From: Lama glama
Taxonomy: Eukaryota
DNA: 64,000 nt
Reading direction: 5' to 3'
Assembly: GCA_028534125.1 (NCBI GenBank)
Contig: CM052819.1
Location: 105,958,001 to 106,022,000, forward strand
Each line of letters opens with the position of its first letter. Within the stretch, counting starts at the first letter, position 1. The translations under genes were made by a program, and so were the position numbers. Below, piece after piece: positions 23,550 through 35,938 of this stretch. The notes beneath the pieces are model-generated. The model was given only the letters and a program-made list of their open reading frames with translations. It did not search any database and was not told where the DNA came from.

Positions 23550-24650
23550 GAGCCCGGAGCCACAGCGGAGCGCGCATGGGGAGGGCGTGGCGCACCCGGG
23601 AGGAGGGGTCCAGAAAGGCCAGGCCTCTCGGAGCCCCCGTCCCCAGCCTGTGCCCTCTCGGCGCCCCGCAGTGAGGACGGAGGAGGGGGCCACGCACACG
23701 CGAGGGGCAGCAGAGCCCAGGCCGCCGGGACCGTGGGTCCCCGCACTAGGGGCGTAGTGACGGAGGGTCCCGGGGAGGGAAGAGGTCCAGGGGAGGGGCG
23801 GTCCCAGAGAGGGCTGGGGATGGGGGTGACGTCGGGGGAGGGGACCCCGGCGGGTCCTGACTGGGAGAGGGTCTCTGCGAGAGAGAGAGTGCCGGCGAGA
23901 ATGGTCCGGGCTAGGGGCGCCCGGGCTCCGGGACGTCGGCCCACCGGAGGCGGGGGCGGAGCCCGAGGGCCGCCCCGCATGGGGCGGGGCCCAAGCGGAG
24001 GGGCGGAGCTCGTGGGGCGGAGCGGCCGTGGGGGCGGGGCCAGAGGTTGGTGCTAAATGGTGGGCGGGGTCTGGGGCGGAGTCTGGGTGGAGGGCGGGGC
24101 GCGCGGCCGGGAGGGGGAGGGGAGCCGAGCGGAGCCGGGCGGCGCGGGGTGGGGGCGGGGAGGCCCGGCGGCGCCGCTGGGCCCTGGCCCGGGAGGCCGA
24201 CGGCTACGGGCGGCGGAGGGCGGCGAGGCCGGGGGCGCGGGCGCGGGCACGGCGGGGACGGCGGGCCGGGGGTCCGAGTCCGGGACCCGGCCCGCGCCCG
24301 CCGGCCCTTACCTTGGGCTTCTCCTCGGACATGGCTGCGCGCGGCGGGCGGCGGGGCAACAGACAGCGCCGGGCGGGCGACTCACGCTCTCGGCCCGCCG
24401 CTCTCCCGCCGCAACTGCTCGCGGGGCCGCGCTTTGCCCCCAAATCCCCTCTCGCCGGTTGGCTGCCGCGGGTCACGTGGCGGGTGCGCGCGCACGAGGC
24501 GCGCTCCCGGGGCATCGGGGCCGCGCCCGGCCGCCCGAGGTTCCTGGTGGTTGAAAATGCGTCACCGGGCGGGGCCGCGCGCGATCCGGCGTCGGGACTT
24601 CGGGGGCACTCAGGGCAGCTGGGGAGGGTGGGGCGCACAGGGTAGCTAGG
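23550..24650. promoter_or_regulatory. CpG island / SUMO3 promoter
   Basis: Dense CpG; E-box GTCACGTGG at 24472-24480, NRF1-like TGCGCGCGCA at 24485-24494, many GC boxes. Confidence 0.9.
24312..24332 (-). CDS. SUMO3: SUMO3 coding exon 1 (MSEEKPK)
   Basis: gcagccATGTCCGAGGAGAAGCCCAAG|gtaagg. Total CDS 21+129+72+93 = 315 nt, 104 aa. Confidence 0.97.
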
Positions 24651-26891
24651 GTGGGGAAGCACGCTGGGACCCGGGGTTGGGGGGCGCACTGGGACCTCGG
24701 GGATGCTCAGAGTCAGGCCATGAGGCCTGGCAGGTGCTGGGTCAGGGACCAGGCCTGGCGCATTATCTTGGATCCTGAGCATGGCCTGTCCAGCTCCTCA
24801 GGGACCTGGTCCCCCCACCTTGTCCTTTACTTACCGCAGTTCCAGCAGCCAAGCCGGGGTGCCCTCACTGGTTTCCTCTATGGTGAGTGTGTTTCTTAGA
24901 GGGGAACAAGGAAAATAAAGCCAACCGGGTGAACTACCTCCAGTGGCCACAGGGGACATGGGTGGGAGAGGGGTGTCTTGGGAGCCGACCCCACTGCTGG
25001 GAAAGGCTCTGTTCGCCTTCACCGAGGAGCCAGGTGTCTGGTCATGAGGACAGGCTGAAGGAAGAAGGCGTCCAAGACTGACCCACCTGGCAGTTCCATT
25101 CATAAAGGGCACATGGCATGTGTTGATTTATCAAGTCCACACAGGCTCCACCCAGAGCTCCCGGCGGACAGGGGCATAAACAGGGCACTTCCAGGGGGGC
25201 ATCAGGGAAGTGGAAAGTCTCACTCCATCCACTTCTCCCCACACACTTAGCCTGGCTGCGCGCTCTGTGGCTTGCTCCTCTGCCCTTGTGCAGTGCCCCT
25301 TTGGGCCTTCTGGAAGCGGAAGCTCAGCACCTGGGGGGAGGTAGGGAGGGGGTGCCGGACGCCGTCTTGTGCCCGTTTTGCTGGCCTATCAGGAGTGCAC
25401 ACTCTGCACCTGATGCTAGGGCTCTGCACCTGAACCTCACAACAGCCCACTCTACAGGTGAGGAAGTTGAAGCACCTGAGGTCCCAGCGTGGGTAAGCAG
25501 AACAGCTGGGATTTGAACACAGGCAAGGTGGTCAGACCAGTGTGCTCTACTGTCTCTGGGGCAAACCCAGGGCTAGACCCCTCACCCCAACTCAAGACAG
25601 GTGGAAACGGGCACTCAGGTGGACACAGGAGACGTGCTGGAGAACGGGGGCCAGGGTCAGGTGTCCCCCAGGACTTTGAGGCAGCTGTTCTTCAGAGGCC
25701 CTGGCTCTCCCTGTCCCTGTCTGGAACCGAAACGCCTTCAGATGCAGTGACCAGGGACAGCCAACGTACATTGACCACTCAGGGTGTGCCAGGCATGGTA
25801 CTGAGCTAGGATCACCCCACCCAAGGCTCACAACACTCTGGAGCAGGGACCCTCATGATCCTTGTTTTGACAATTAGGGAGTGAAGGTTTGGGGGGTGGG
25901 TGTGGACTGCACAGGGTCATGCAGCTAGAGGTAGCGGGGTCCAGATTTGAACCTAAGTGACTGAATGGCTTCCCTCCTGTCTGAGTAAGACCCAACTGAC
26001 TAGATCTGCTCATTTCATCAAAAGCCCACAGAGCCAAGTTTTCATGGGCCTTAATTTCACAAACCATTTTTGACTCTTAAAACATTCACCTCCTTGGCTA
26101 AAGGCACCACTTAGGAGAAGAGGAGGGGGCTTACTGAAATGGAGCTGGTGTGTCACAGGCTGGCAAAGTCTCCATTGAAAGTTCTGGTCAGAGCCAGCCT
26201 CCATCTCAGCCAGGTCCAAGGGTTTGGTGCCTTTCATGATGGAGTCTGGACTGTCTCCTCTACCAGAGGACTCCTAGGTACCAGGGCCAGCTCGAGCTGT
26301 GCCTCCAGGAGAGGGGAGTCTCCAGGGACTGGCCTCTTCCAGGATAGAGATGGACAATGCTAGGACAATGGGGACCAGAACCACCCCCAAGACTGGCTGT
26401 GGTGTGACTTTCGGTAGGGAGTGTTTGGACCCATCATCCATCCTCCACCATCAACTGTAAAACATAACATTGTTTTATTTAACACAGACACATTAAGCTA
26501 TGGCAGGTTATGGATGGAAGACACATTCTTGTTTCAGACCTGTTAACATGTGAAGAGTATGTAACTTAGAATTGATAGAATACAGTAGTTAAATGTGCTA
26601 AAATAAGAAATTAAACCATGGTTCATTCATATAATGAAAGTCTATGCCACTATTGAAAGAAATGTGTAAATAAAAGAGTAATGATAACAGGAAAAGATGC
26701 TCATATGTTGATAAGTTTTTAAAAAACAAATTATAAAACCACTGTGGTTTTGGATAACCAGAATATCTGTATAAAATATTTTGAAAATCTGTTTGAAAAT
26801 ATCAGATCACTAGCATAACAGAGAAGACTTTCTCTGAGGGGTGAAGACCCAAGAAAGATTCTCCCTTTGAGGTTTGTGGTGATTAGTACGA

Positions 26892-27090
26892 TGCGTTAGT
26901 CAGCCCAGCTGCTGTAACAAAATACCCTAGACTGGGCAGCTTAAACAGACATTTATTCTCCCGCAGTTCTGCAGGCTGGGAGTCCAAGACCAAGGTGTGG
27001 ACAGGGTGGGTGTCTCCTGAGGCCTCTCTCCTCGGCTTGTAGGCAGCTGCCTTCTCCCTGTGTCCTCACATGGCCTTTCCTCTGCACAGA
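26892..27090 (-). mobile_element. MLT1A-type MaLR LTR fragment
   Basis: gctgctgtaacaaaataccctagactgggcagcttaaacagacatttattctc..ggctgggagtccaagaccaaggtg. Confidence 0.7.
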
Positions 27091-27467
27091 CAGAAGGAGA
27101 AGGAGGAAGAGACAGACACAGTGCAGCCCCTAATAAAGACAGTGGACAAGAAGTTGAGACACTAAGCAGTACTTCTGAGTCTCATAGGCTGGGGGAGACA
27201 ATAACTGGGCAGAGCCTGCTGCAAGAATAACTGGTAGGAGGCTCTGATAATAACCCAGACCTTCTGCTGGAGCAGCGAGTCCCACAGCAAAGGAGTAAGG
27301 CTGAGGTGTAAAGGATCAGCCCTCGCAAAGACCGAAACCCAGCATCCAGACGGCTCACTTCCACACTGGACCCAGCTGACCTGCTCTCCTTCCCACTGCC
27401 AGCCTGATGCAAGGGAGCCAGGAAATAAATGATCCAAAACCAAAGGGGGAAATTGTATCAATTAGCT

Positions 27468-27712
27468 ATCATATAAATACATATGTATTATTATATAAAT
27501 ATATTACATAAATATATACATATTATATAAATATATACAATTATCTATTATATAAATATATAGTATTATATAAATTATATAGATATATACATTTAAATAT
27601 ACATATTATATAAATATAATTATGTAATGTGTAATTATATATTACATACATACACAGTATATAAATACATATTATATAGATCTGTAACTATATATACAAC
27701 TATACATACACA
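27468..27712. repeat. AT-rich low-complexity (TA)n-derived tract
   Basis: Repeated attatataaatatata variants. Confidence 0.85.
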
Positions 27713-27719
27713 TGTAATC

Positions 27720-28575
27720 CACAAGAGAAAAGGGTATCGGCATTATTGGACAGATTTTAAAGTAACTCTAAAAACTATGTATGTTCAAGGAAACATTATG
27801 AGATGGAAATTTTCATCAGATAAGCAGAATCTATAAAAAAGAATAGATGGAAATTTGAAAACAAAAATAGAGTTACTAAAATTACGAATTCAGCGGAGGA
27901 GTTTAACTACAGACCACACATGGTGGAAGAGGTGATTGTGAACTGGCAGGTAGGTCAGAAGAAGATAGAAGCAGAGGGAGAGGACTGTCCCAAGAAAGTG
28001 AGAAGTGACTTTCAAACCACTGCAAGAAAAGTAAGGCAATAACAAAACTCAACCGACCTAACAAAGTCATAGAGACAGATAAAGGGCAGCAGCAGAAATG
28101 CAAGCAGAAGACATTCGTGCAGCGTGACCTGTGCTCCCCGACACCTTCGTTCTGGTTCTGTTGCGATGCCATTTTACAGACCTGGAAGCTGAGGCACAAG
28201 TCTCAGATCCAAGGTCACCTGGTTAGTGAAAGCAGCAGAGCAAGGATTCAAGCAAAGGAGATTAAACCAGCTCTAAAACAAGGAAGTAGAATGCAGCATA
28301 TAAAATAAGAGAGTAAGAATAAACAAAGGTAACCATATAGATAGCAATGGGTTAAATTATTCTGTTTAAAGGCAGTGGCTCCCTACCTGGGTCAAAAAAT
28401 GCAACTATGTTTATAAGAGACACAACTAAACATTAGGGGGAAAGGGGAAAAATAAAAGACAGAAATGCTAATAGCTGGTAACAATGTTCGTATCAGATAG
28501 AGTGCGTTCTAAACCACAAAGCATGAAATGGGCAGAGAGGTCTGCTACACTAGGAACAGTCCATTCCACCAAGAA
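27720..28575 (+). mobile_element. Degraded L1 5'/ORF1-ORF2 fragments with a MIR-like insert (about 28150-28280)
   Basis: A-rich; cagattttaaagtaact; tttataagagacacaactaaa; MIR phrase ccattttacaga..gaagctgaggcac..ccaaggtcac. Confidence 0.5.
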
Positions 28576-28606
28576 GCAGGTAGGAAAATGCAAGGAGGAG
28601 TCTGCC

Positions 28607-28742
28607 TTTTTGTTTTGCTTTGTTTGGTGGGGGGATTAGGTTGGTTTATTTATTCATTTTAATGGAGGTACTGGGAACTGAACTGAACCGGGACGCCGTG
28701 CGCGTGCTGAGCACATGTCCGACCACTGCCTACCCTTCCCCC
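28607..28742 (-). mobile_element. Camelid tRNA-derived SINE (diverged)
   Basis: ggggggattagg..tttatttattcattttaatggaggtactgggaactgaa.. matches the other copies in antisense. Confidence 0.75.
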
Positions 28743-29888
28743 TCACTCTTCTTTAGGTGTTTAACTACCAACATCTCTAAAGCCTCATCCCTGCCTCTTC
28801 TTTCTTCCCTACATCTGGGCAGGCAGAGAAGGGAGACTGGGAGACGCCCTCTTTGGTACCCATGGGGAATTGAAACCACACACGCCCCTGCCTGTGAAGG
28901 GACCCTCACTGCGGCCCCAGCCCTGACACAACGGAAACCCCAAGTGTGTCTCCTTTCCTGCCTCTCCAGCCATTCTCAGACCTGCTTAGAGTCCCGTCCT
29001 GCTCTCCCCAGGAAGCCCCACTGTGAGGGGTGGGCTTTTTCACACCCTGTATGTGTGTGTGTCTGTGTGTCTGTGTGTGTCCATCAGTCAACAGCTGAAC
29101 CAAATTTTGGGTGAGGATCCATCTTCTTTCTGAAAGGTTGACCCACGACAAAACTAAGCATAGAGAGAATCTGAATCACATGGTTCATAAGTTCATGATA
29201 TTTGCATAGGGAGAGAAAGTAAGGACTTGGAAGCCAACAAAAATTATGTAATATTTGTAATCACCTGTGGAACACTTGCAGTATGACCACATATTAGGTC
29301 TTTAGACAACCCCATTAAATTGTAAGCAAAATCATACAGAGGGCTGGTTCTGCCCAGGACGTTGAAAGCTGGAAGATCAACATCCCAGTATAAAAGCAAG
29401 AAAAGCTGGACAATTAAGAAATCGTAGCTTTTCTTAAACCTATCGGAAAGCTGGGATGGCAGCCTTCTTGTCTATAAGCTTTGGGTCCCTCTCTAACCTA
29501 CCCCCTATTATCAACCTTTCCAAGTCCACTGCAGGGCAGTGAGGAAGGTGGCCTTTCTGTGCAGAAACCACTCCACCTGGGCCCTTCCCTAACGAGGCCC
29601 CACTGCTGACTGTCCCCAGGCCCCAGACGAGGCTCAGACATCCACAGTCCACCTGAAAGATGTGGGTCCTCACCAGTTGTACTGCTGGGGTCTGGGGCAC
29701 GTCCTAGACACAGACCTCATGCCTGTCACAGCAGGGAGACGAGACAAGGCTCCACAGGGCTCAAGGTGCGGGCGGGAGAGTGGCAGTTCAGGACACAGGC
29801 TGAGGGTCACCTCAGACGTGGGGCCGTGTCACCAGTCTGGGAGACAGAATCTGGGGCTTCATAGGGTCAGACAGCTCGGCATTCTGCA

Positions 29889-30372
29889 CAGCGATGCTTC
29901 TCGAAGTCTGATCCTGGACCAGCAGCAGCCAGGCTTCCTGGGAACGCATTACAGGGGCCCCTGCCCAGGCCTGATGGGTCAGAGGCTCCGAGGTGGGGCC
30001 CAGCGTCTGTGTTTCGTGAGCCTTGCTGGAGATCCAGGTGCTGCTCAGATGGGAGGCTACAGATGAGCTGCCAGGGAATCTGGAGAAATGCAGGTTCTGA
30101 CTCAGCGGGTCCTGGGCTGGGACGGAGAATCCGGAGTCCGATCAAGCTCCCAGGTGATGCCAATCCACTAAAATTTGGGCCAGTGAGGAGCGAGCCTCCA
30201 GGACAGTGGTTCTCAGCCTCGGCTGTGCATGGCAATCACTTGGAGAGTTTGGGGGGAAAAATGCTCATGCACACCACACCCTCCCCAGCCCCAGCCCCAT
30301 GCGCTCACTACCTCTGGAGGTGGGATCTGGCCCTGGTGGTGCAGGTGCAGCCAAGGGGGAGAATTGCTGCTG
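29889..30372. mobile_element. Cluster of MER5-type hAT-Charlie fossils
   Basis: cagtggttctca; gaaatgcaggttctgactcag..ggtcctgggctggg; caagctcccaggtgatgc. Confidence 0.6.
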
Positions 30373-31294
30373 TGGAGGGAAGGCCTGGGCTCCCAGAAAT
30401 AGGGTGTTGGGTGGACCTACAACATGCAGCCTGCTCGCCTCCCCTCCAGCCCTGCACCGAGTCAGGAAGAAACGCATGGGTGAAGTGCCCTTGGGGGCTG
30501 CCCGCTGCACACCAGAGAGGTTGCTCTGGAACAAGGTCACCTGGTCTCCGTGGTGGATGGAATCCACCTTTCAGTGACATCGGGGAACAGGGGGTCCTGG
30601 TAAGGTGGATGCCAGGTGTCAGTACTTAATGCTAGGGACAGACTGGGAACAAGTAATAGTGTCACCTGGAAGGAGAGGAATCAGTTTCTGAGCCCTGGGA
30701 GTTGTGATGGCAGGGCCCTGGGGATGAATCTGACCCCTGCTAAGCTGGCAGGCAGAATTCCAGGTCTTTGGGACAAAATCCCTCAAGTCACCACAGTGGG
30801 GGCTCCTGGCTCCTCCCCAGTTGCTTCCAGGGCTGGTAAGGGAGGGCCCTGCAATTAGCCAGGCGAGACCATGAAGTGGCTCTCAAGGATTCCCCCAGAG
30901 GGACTTGTGGCCATTTTCAAGGGTCCCTGTGTCCCGGAGCAAAGGAAACCCTCTGGGACCCTCTGAGGTTATTACATTGCTCTGAAGGGGCTGCAGTCAG
31001 CAACTGAGGTCCACTGGCCAAAGTGGGGCTTCGAAGGCCAGGTGAGAATGGGGTCTCACCCTGAGTCCAGCTCATGGTGGGCCCCGGGGGAACCAGAGGT
31101 CCAGATTGCGGAGTGGACACAGGCACACTTGATGGAGCCTCCTCACTCGTCCGCCCAGCAGGAGGGAAGGAAGGGCTCCCTATAGAAAGGGCACCGCCCA
31201 CCCTGCTGCCCAGATGGCAGACTGGAGGGACCACATCCCTGGGAGCGAGCCCTGCAGGTCAAGACCCCACTCAAGGCTCGAAGGCACAGGGTTC

Positions 31295-31642
31295 CCCTAA
31301 ACCCACATCAAAGCCCTAATCCCAGCACCTCAGAACGTGCAGTATCTGGAGAAAGAATCTTTAATGAGGTAATTAAGTTAAAGTGAGGTTACTAGGGTGG
31401 GTCCAATCTGACCAGGTCCCTAGAAGAGGTGATCAGGGCACAGACACACCCAAGGGGGACGACCATGTGGGGACATAGGGAGGAGATGGCCGTCTGCATG
31501 CCCAGGAGAGGGGCCTCGGAAGGGACAGCCCAGTGACACCTGGACCTCGGGCTCCCAGCCTCCAGGCTGTGAGAAAATGCATTTGTGTGGTTTCAGCTCC
31601 AGCCTGCTGTGTGTGTTACAGCAGCTGGAGCAAATTGACACA
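31295..31642 (+). mobile_element. MLT1A-type MaLR LTR
   Basis: aagccctaatcccagcacctcagaacgtg..gaggtaattaagttaaagtgagg..ccagcctccaggctgtgagaaa. Confidence 0.7.
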
Positions 31643-32558
31643 GCCTACAGCCCCCTGGACCTCCCCAGGGCAGTCATGGGGCCAACACGCCTGGAGAGCA
31701 GCTACATCCGGGTGGCGGGCCCATCACAGCTCCTGGCACCTGGGCTGCAGCCACGGGCCTGGTACCCACCCAATGCCCTTCTCCCACCTGCCAGCCAAGG
31801 TGATCAGAACGCAGGGCGCCTTTGCTCTGACCTCCGGGTCTCTGTCACCCGCAGCCCTGGGGAGCCTGCCCACGCCACCCCTCGGGCAAGCCAGGCCTGC
31901 CTGGTGGACAAGATGCAGGAGCTTCTCACTCCGGGCGTGTCATGACGGTGCTCCCCGGGGTCTGGCGGTCTGGAACAGGATGGAATGTCCCCCAAGAGAG
32001 GACAGTTGCTGCATGTTGCACTGACCACCATGAAGGGGTGGCCTCCATGACTGGGTTTCGGTCACGTCGCCCACATCTGGGCCGGCCGTGGTCAGGGGCC
32101 TGTGACCACCACGGGCCGTGCGAGGAGGAATGGGGAGTCGGGGCACTGCGCCTGGGGGAGGCCGTGCGGGCGGGAGGGCACTGGCCCGGCTTTGACCCTG
32201 GAGCCACCAGCGCTGCACTCACAGCCTAGTACTCAGTCCCCTTGTGTCCTTGGAAACAACTTGTGGTCATTTCGGGGTCTGGACCCCAGATTCAGTGTCC
32301 CCAGACAAGCAGGCTTCTTGTGGGCCATCCCCACCTCTTCTGCCCGGGACCAGCGTCCCAGGGGAGACCTCAGACCTTCCTGGGAAATGGGCCAGGTCTC
32401 CTGGGCAGGTCATCAAGCCTCCTGCACTGTGGCTTCTATTCCCAAGACCCCGTATTGGGGGATGAGACCTCCAGCAGGAACCCAGGTGTGAATTGTTCCA
32501 ACCTCCTCCTCCAGGAGCCAGCGGTGCCTTCCAGCCTCCGCCAGCAACCTTTTGAGGA

Positions 32559-32950
32559 CGGGGTAACCGTTCATCATGCCCAGCTAACTGCTCTCTATAC
32601 CAGGTTAATTAGTCTCCATGCCTTGCTGACCCACTCTTTATTCCAGATCACTTTTTATGCCGAGTTAACAATCCTCTATACTGGGTTAACTATTCTTTAT
32701 GCCTGGTTAACAGTTCTTTACACCAGGTTAATTATTCTTCATGCCTAGCTTAACTACTCTTTGTGCCTGATTAACTACTCATTATACCAGGTTAATTTTT
32801 TTATGCTGAGTTAACAATGTTTCATGCCTGGTAACAATCCTCTATAATGGGTCAGCTCTTCTTCATACCAGGTGAACTACTCATCAAACCTGTTAACAGT
32901 TGCTTACGCTGGGTTAACTACCTTTTACCCTGACCGAGTTACCTCCTCTA
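32559..32950. repeat. Degenerate minisatellite with a 21-bp period (consensus about CCWGGTTAACTAYTCTTYATR), about 18-19 units
   Basis: NTTAAY cores start at 32664, 32685, 32706, 32727, 32749, 32770, 32791 and 32810 (spacing 21,21,21,22,21,21,19). Confidence 0.85.
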
Positions 32951-33765
32951 CGCGGAGCTCACGACTCTTCACATGGGGTCCCCTCTGCCCCAGTCACTGC
33001 TGTGTTCCCCTGCCAGTAAGCGGCAGGGCCAGCACCTGTCCCCTCCCCACGGCCCCCTGGACGTGACTCTGAGATGGTCTGAGTAGCTGCAGGAGGCCCT
33101 CGTGATCTCATGGAAACGCTGGAACAGGAAAGTGGTGATGCTGCTACCGGGGATACAGGGTTGGAAACCATGAGGTCTGCACAAAGTGCCTCATTTTTAC
33201 CCTCAGTCTGAGATCCTCATCGACTTGATCTGGCCAAGTGTGGACAGAAGAGGGGATTATGAAGTAGAACAAGAGGGACAAACAGGAGCCAACGAGGGAT
33301 GTGAGATTCAGCCCCTTGAGGGGGAGCGGAGCCGGAGACACCGAGAGCTTGGAGGTAATGGGCCGAGGTCACGGGGGCAGCCAGGGCCAGGGCGGCTGGA
33401 CGGACAGGCCTGGAAAACCACGTCCTCTTGGAAAACGCCAGGAAGCGTGCCAACTCCGGCCACACCAGCACCCGGCCGGGCTTCAGGCCACTGCAAGCCC
33501 CAGCACCGCTCCCGCTCTCAAAGAAAACTCAGCTTATGTTGTTGACGAAGTGCCACTGCCCGCGAGCTTAGAGAACTAAATCTGTGGAAGAAATTGCTCA
33601 AGAATGCTCTACTGACTGTACTTAGTGATTTATCCCCAGTCAGGAACTGCTCTTAGCGTTCAGAACTTAAACAACGAGATGTCTGCTCCGAGGCTGCAGG
33701 TTGATACACTCTTTAGCTCCGGGGAGAAAAATCCACCCACCAAGCGGCTCTGGCGGAGCCAGCAC

Positions 33766-34015
33766 TGCCCCCTCCTCTCCGTGGGCGGGGCCTCCTCCCG
33801 TGGGCGGAGCTTTCCCCCTACGCGGGAGGGGTCTGCGCTGGGGCTTCCTAAACTTGCCACCTCCTCTCCGTGGGCGGGGCTTTCCCTCTGCGCGGGAGGG
33901 GTCTACGCTGGGGCTTCCCAAACCTGCCACCTCCTCTCCGTGGGCGGGGCCTCCTCCCCGTGGGCGGGGCTTTCCCTCTGCGCGGGAGGGGGTCTGCGCT
34001 GGGGTTTCCTAAACC
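33766..34015. repeat. GC-rich tandem repeat, 3 units (89/70/91 bp) with a nested repeat of about 20 bp
   Basis: Units start at 33766, 33855 and 33925: tgcc(a)cctcctctccgtgggcggggc[ctcctcccgtgggcggggc]tttccctctgcgcgggaggggtctgcgctggggcttcc(c/t)aaacc. Confidence 0.9.
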
Positions 34016-35932
34016 GGCCTTAACGAGGCTGTGGCAATGCTGTGAGTGGAAATGTCTCAAGTGAGCGCAGCTCCCCAACCCTCGATGTGCCCAGTGCGGC
34101 CCCAGCGAGGGAGGCCAGTGCCGTGACCGGCTCCCGGCACCCCTTCCCCACTGTCCCGGCTGCTGATGGGAGCCAGGGGGCGCGCAGCCCCAGGGCCACG
34201 GGGAGGAGGGCTGTGCGGCAGGGAAGCATCTCTGGGCTCCGAGCCGCTGGACACACTGACATCCTTCTGACTTAGCAGCCAAGGGAAACAGGAGTCCGTG
34301 CAGCTTCCATCCTTCAATGTGTGCAGATCCTGGGGGGCTGTGTCCCCAGCAGAATGCATGGGACCGGGGGTGAGGGGTGGCAGAGGACGACTCCTCACCC
34401 TCTCCCAGGGACCCAACCGGGAGCCTGTGCACCCTGACCCCGTCAGGATTGGCTGGACACCTTTGTACCAGGGGACACAGTAAGATCTCCACCCACCCAA
34501 GATGCCACTGTCACCAGTCCCTCGGCTCACTGAAGTGGGCACGTGGCTGGACAAAGTACTACAGTGGCAGCCGTGACCGTGAGGCATGCAGATTCCCACT
34601 GAGCATCTGGAACTCCGGGGACTCACAGGGCACCTGCCAGGCCCCCTGGGGAGTGAGCACGGAAAACGGCCACCCGATCAGCCATCACCAGGCCAGGATG
34701 CAATCAGCAGGGCCTGTGACCCACACCGCACAGCACGGCGGAGAGTAGGACCAGCAGGGGACCTAGAACAGGACGAGGATGGGGGGCTTGGGACCCCCAC
34801 ACGGGCGACCAGGCCGTCCCACCCGCCTCCTAGCCTCGTTCCTCAGGAACTGCGGCAGCAGGCTGGAGTCGCCTTCCCCGAGAGCCCGCCCTCCTGCCAT
34901 CTCTGCACCCGGGCCCGCACCCAGGCTGCCATCCTCCTGGACCACACACGGATCTGCTGCTCCGGCTGGGACGGTCCTTGAGAACTGTCTCCTCAGAGTA
35001 ACTTGCTAAGTCAAGATGTTGGCAAAATCACAGGGGACCCCGTCCCTCTGCCCTGTCTCGAGAAGCATCATAGACCCCCTCCAGGCAGATGCCCCTCTCA
35101 GGGGGGAATCTGGCAGAGGCTGCATATACGTAAAGCAGACATCACGGATGCTCTGACCCAGAATTCTACGTAGCACTAACAGAGCGGACCAGGAGGCTGA
35201 GACACAGATGAGCCCAAGGATGCCGAGAACCAGGTCACGGGAACGTGGCCACTGTGTACCCATCAGGTCGAGTGCAGGGCTTTTTAACCCTGCACAAAGT
35301 GACTTGTCCTAAGGAGCAGACGCTGCAACAAGTACTTTGTTCAGCATCCCTTCCTTTCAGAGCAGAGACCTCACCATAATCAGACTGCAAACTTCTTAAC
35401 TGAATCCAGGGCACTTTAAGTTTCCAACGAGGCCATGCCAGGCACAAGGCCACCTCTGCCTGGGTCCGGAGGTCGAGACACAACCTCACTCTGCCTCTGC
35501 CCCATCCACGCTAGATGTAGCCTGTATCACTCAACACTCTAGAACGAAAAGCCTGGGGCTGACCTGCCCATGAACTTGACCTTCCGCTGCGTCATGCCGC
35601 ACTTCCCACGGGGACCACGGATGGACAGGCTGACCTGCAGGACAGAGGAGTCCAGAGTCCTGGTGACTGAGGCACTAGAAAAACGACTCAGCAGCACCTC
35701 AGAAGAGGGGAGATCGCTCCTCAGGACCAGGTACTGAGACCCTGGGGTGGGGGCGCCAGGCCAGGGACAGTTCAGCACACGGCGCAGCCGGGGTACAAAG
35801 TGGGATGTGCTCACATGGCCCACGGTGCCCATCTTCACCTCGATAGCCTCACCGTCCTCGTCCCCCCAGGAATCATGCTCACACCAGCCAGAAATGAAAC
35901 ACAGGGAACACAAAGCATATTCAATAAAAGCG

Positions 35933-35938
35933 TGTATT
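35933..35938 (-). terminator. Candidate PTTG1IP polyadenylation signal (variant AATACA); 3'UTR about 35915-37612
   Basis: Minus strand tttAATACAcgcttttattgaata followed by GU/U-rich tgctttgtgttccctgtgtttcatttc, about 1.7 kb after the stop codon. Confidence 0.45.

Noticed and set aside
24333-24782. In-frame upstream ATGs (24515, 24782) that would extend the SUMO3 N-terminus
   Set aside because: They lie at or beyond the core promoter motifs, so probably upstream of the TSS. An open frame is expected at this GC content.
32559-34015. CRISPR-like interpretation of the regularly spaced repeats
   Set aside because: The DNA is eukaryotic, the units are contiguous with no unique spacers, and there are no cas genes.
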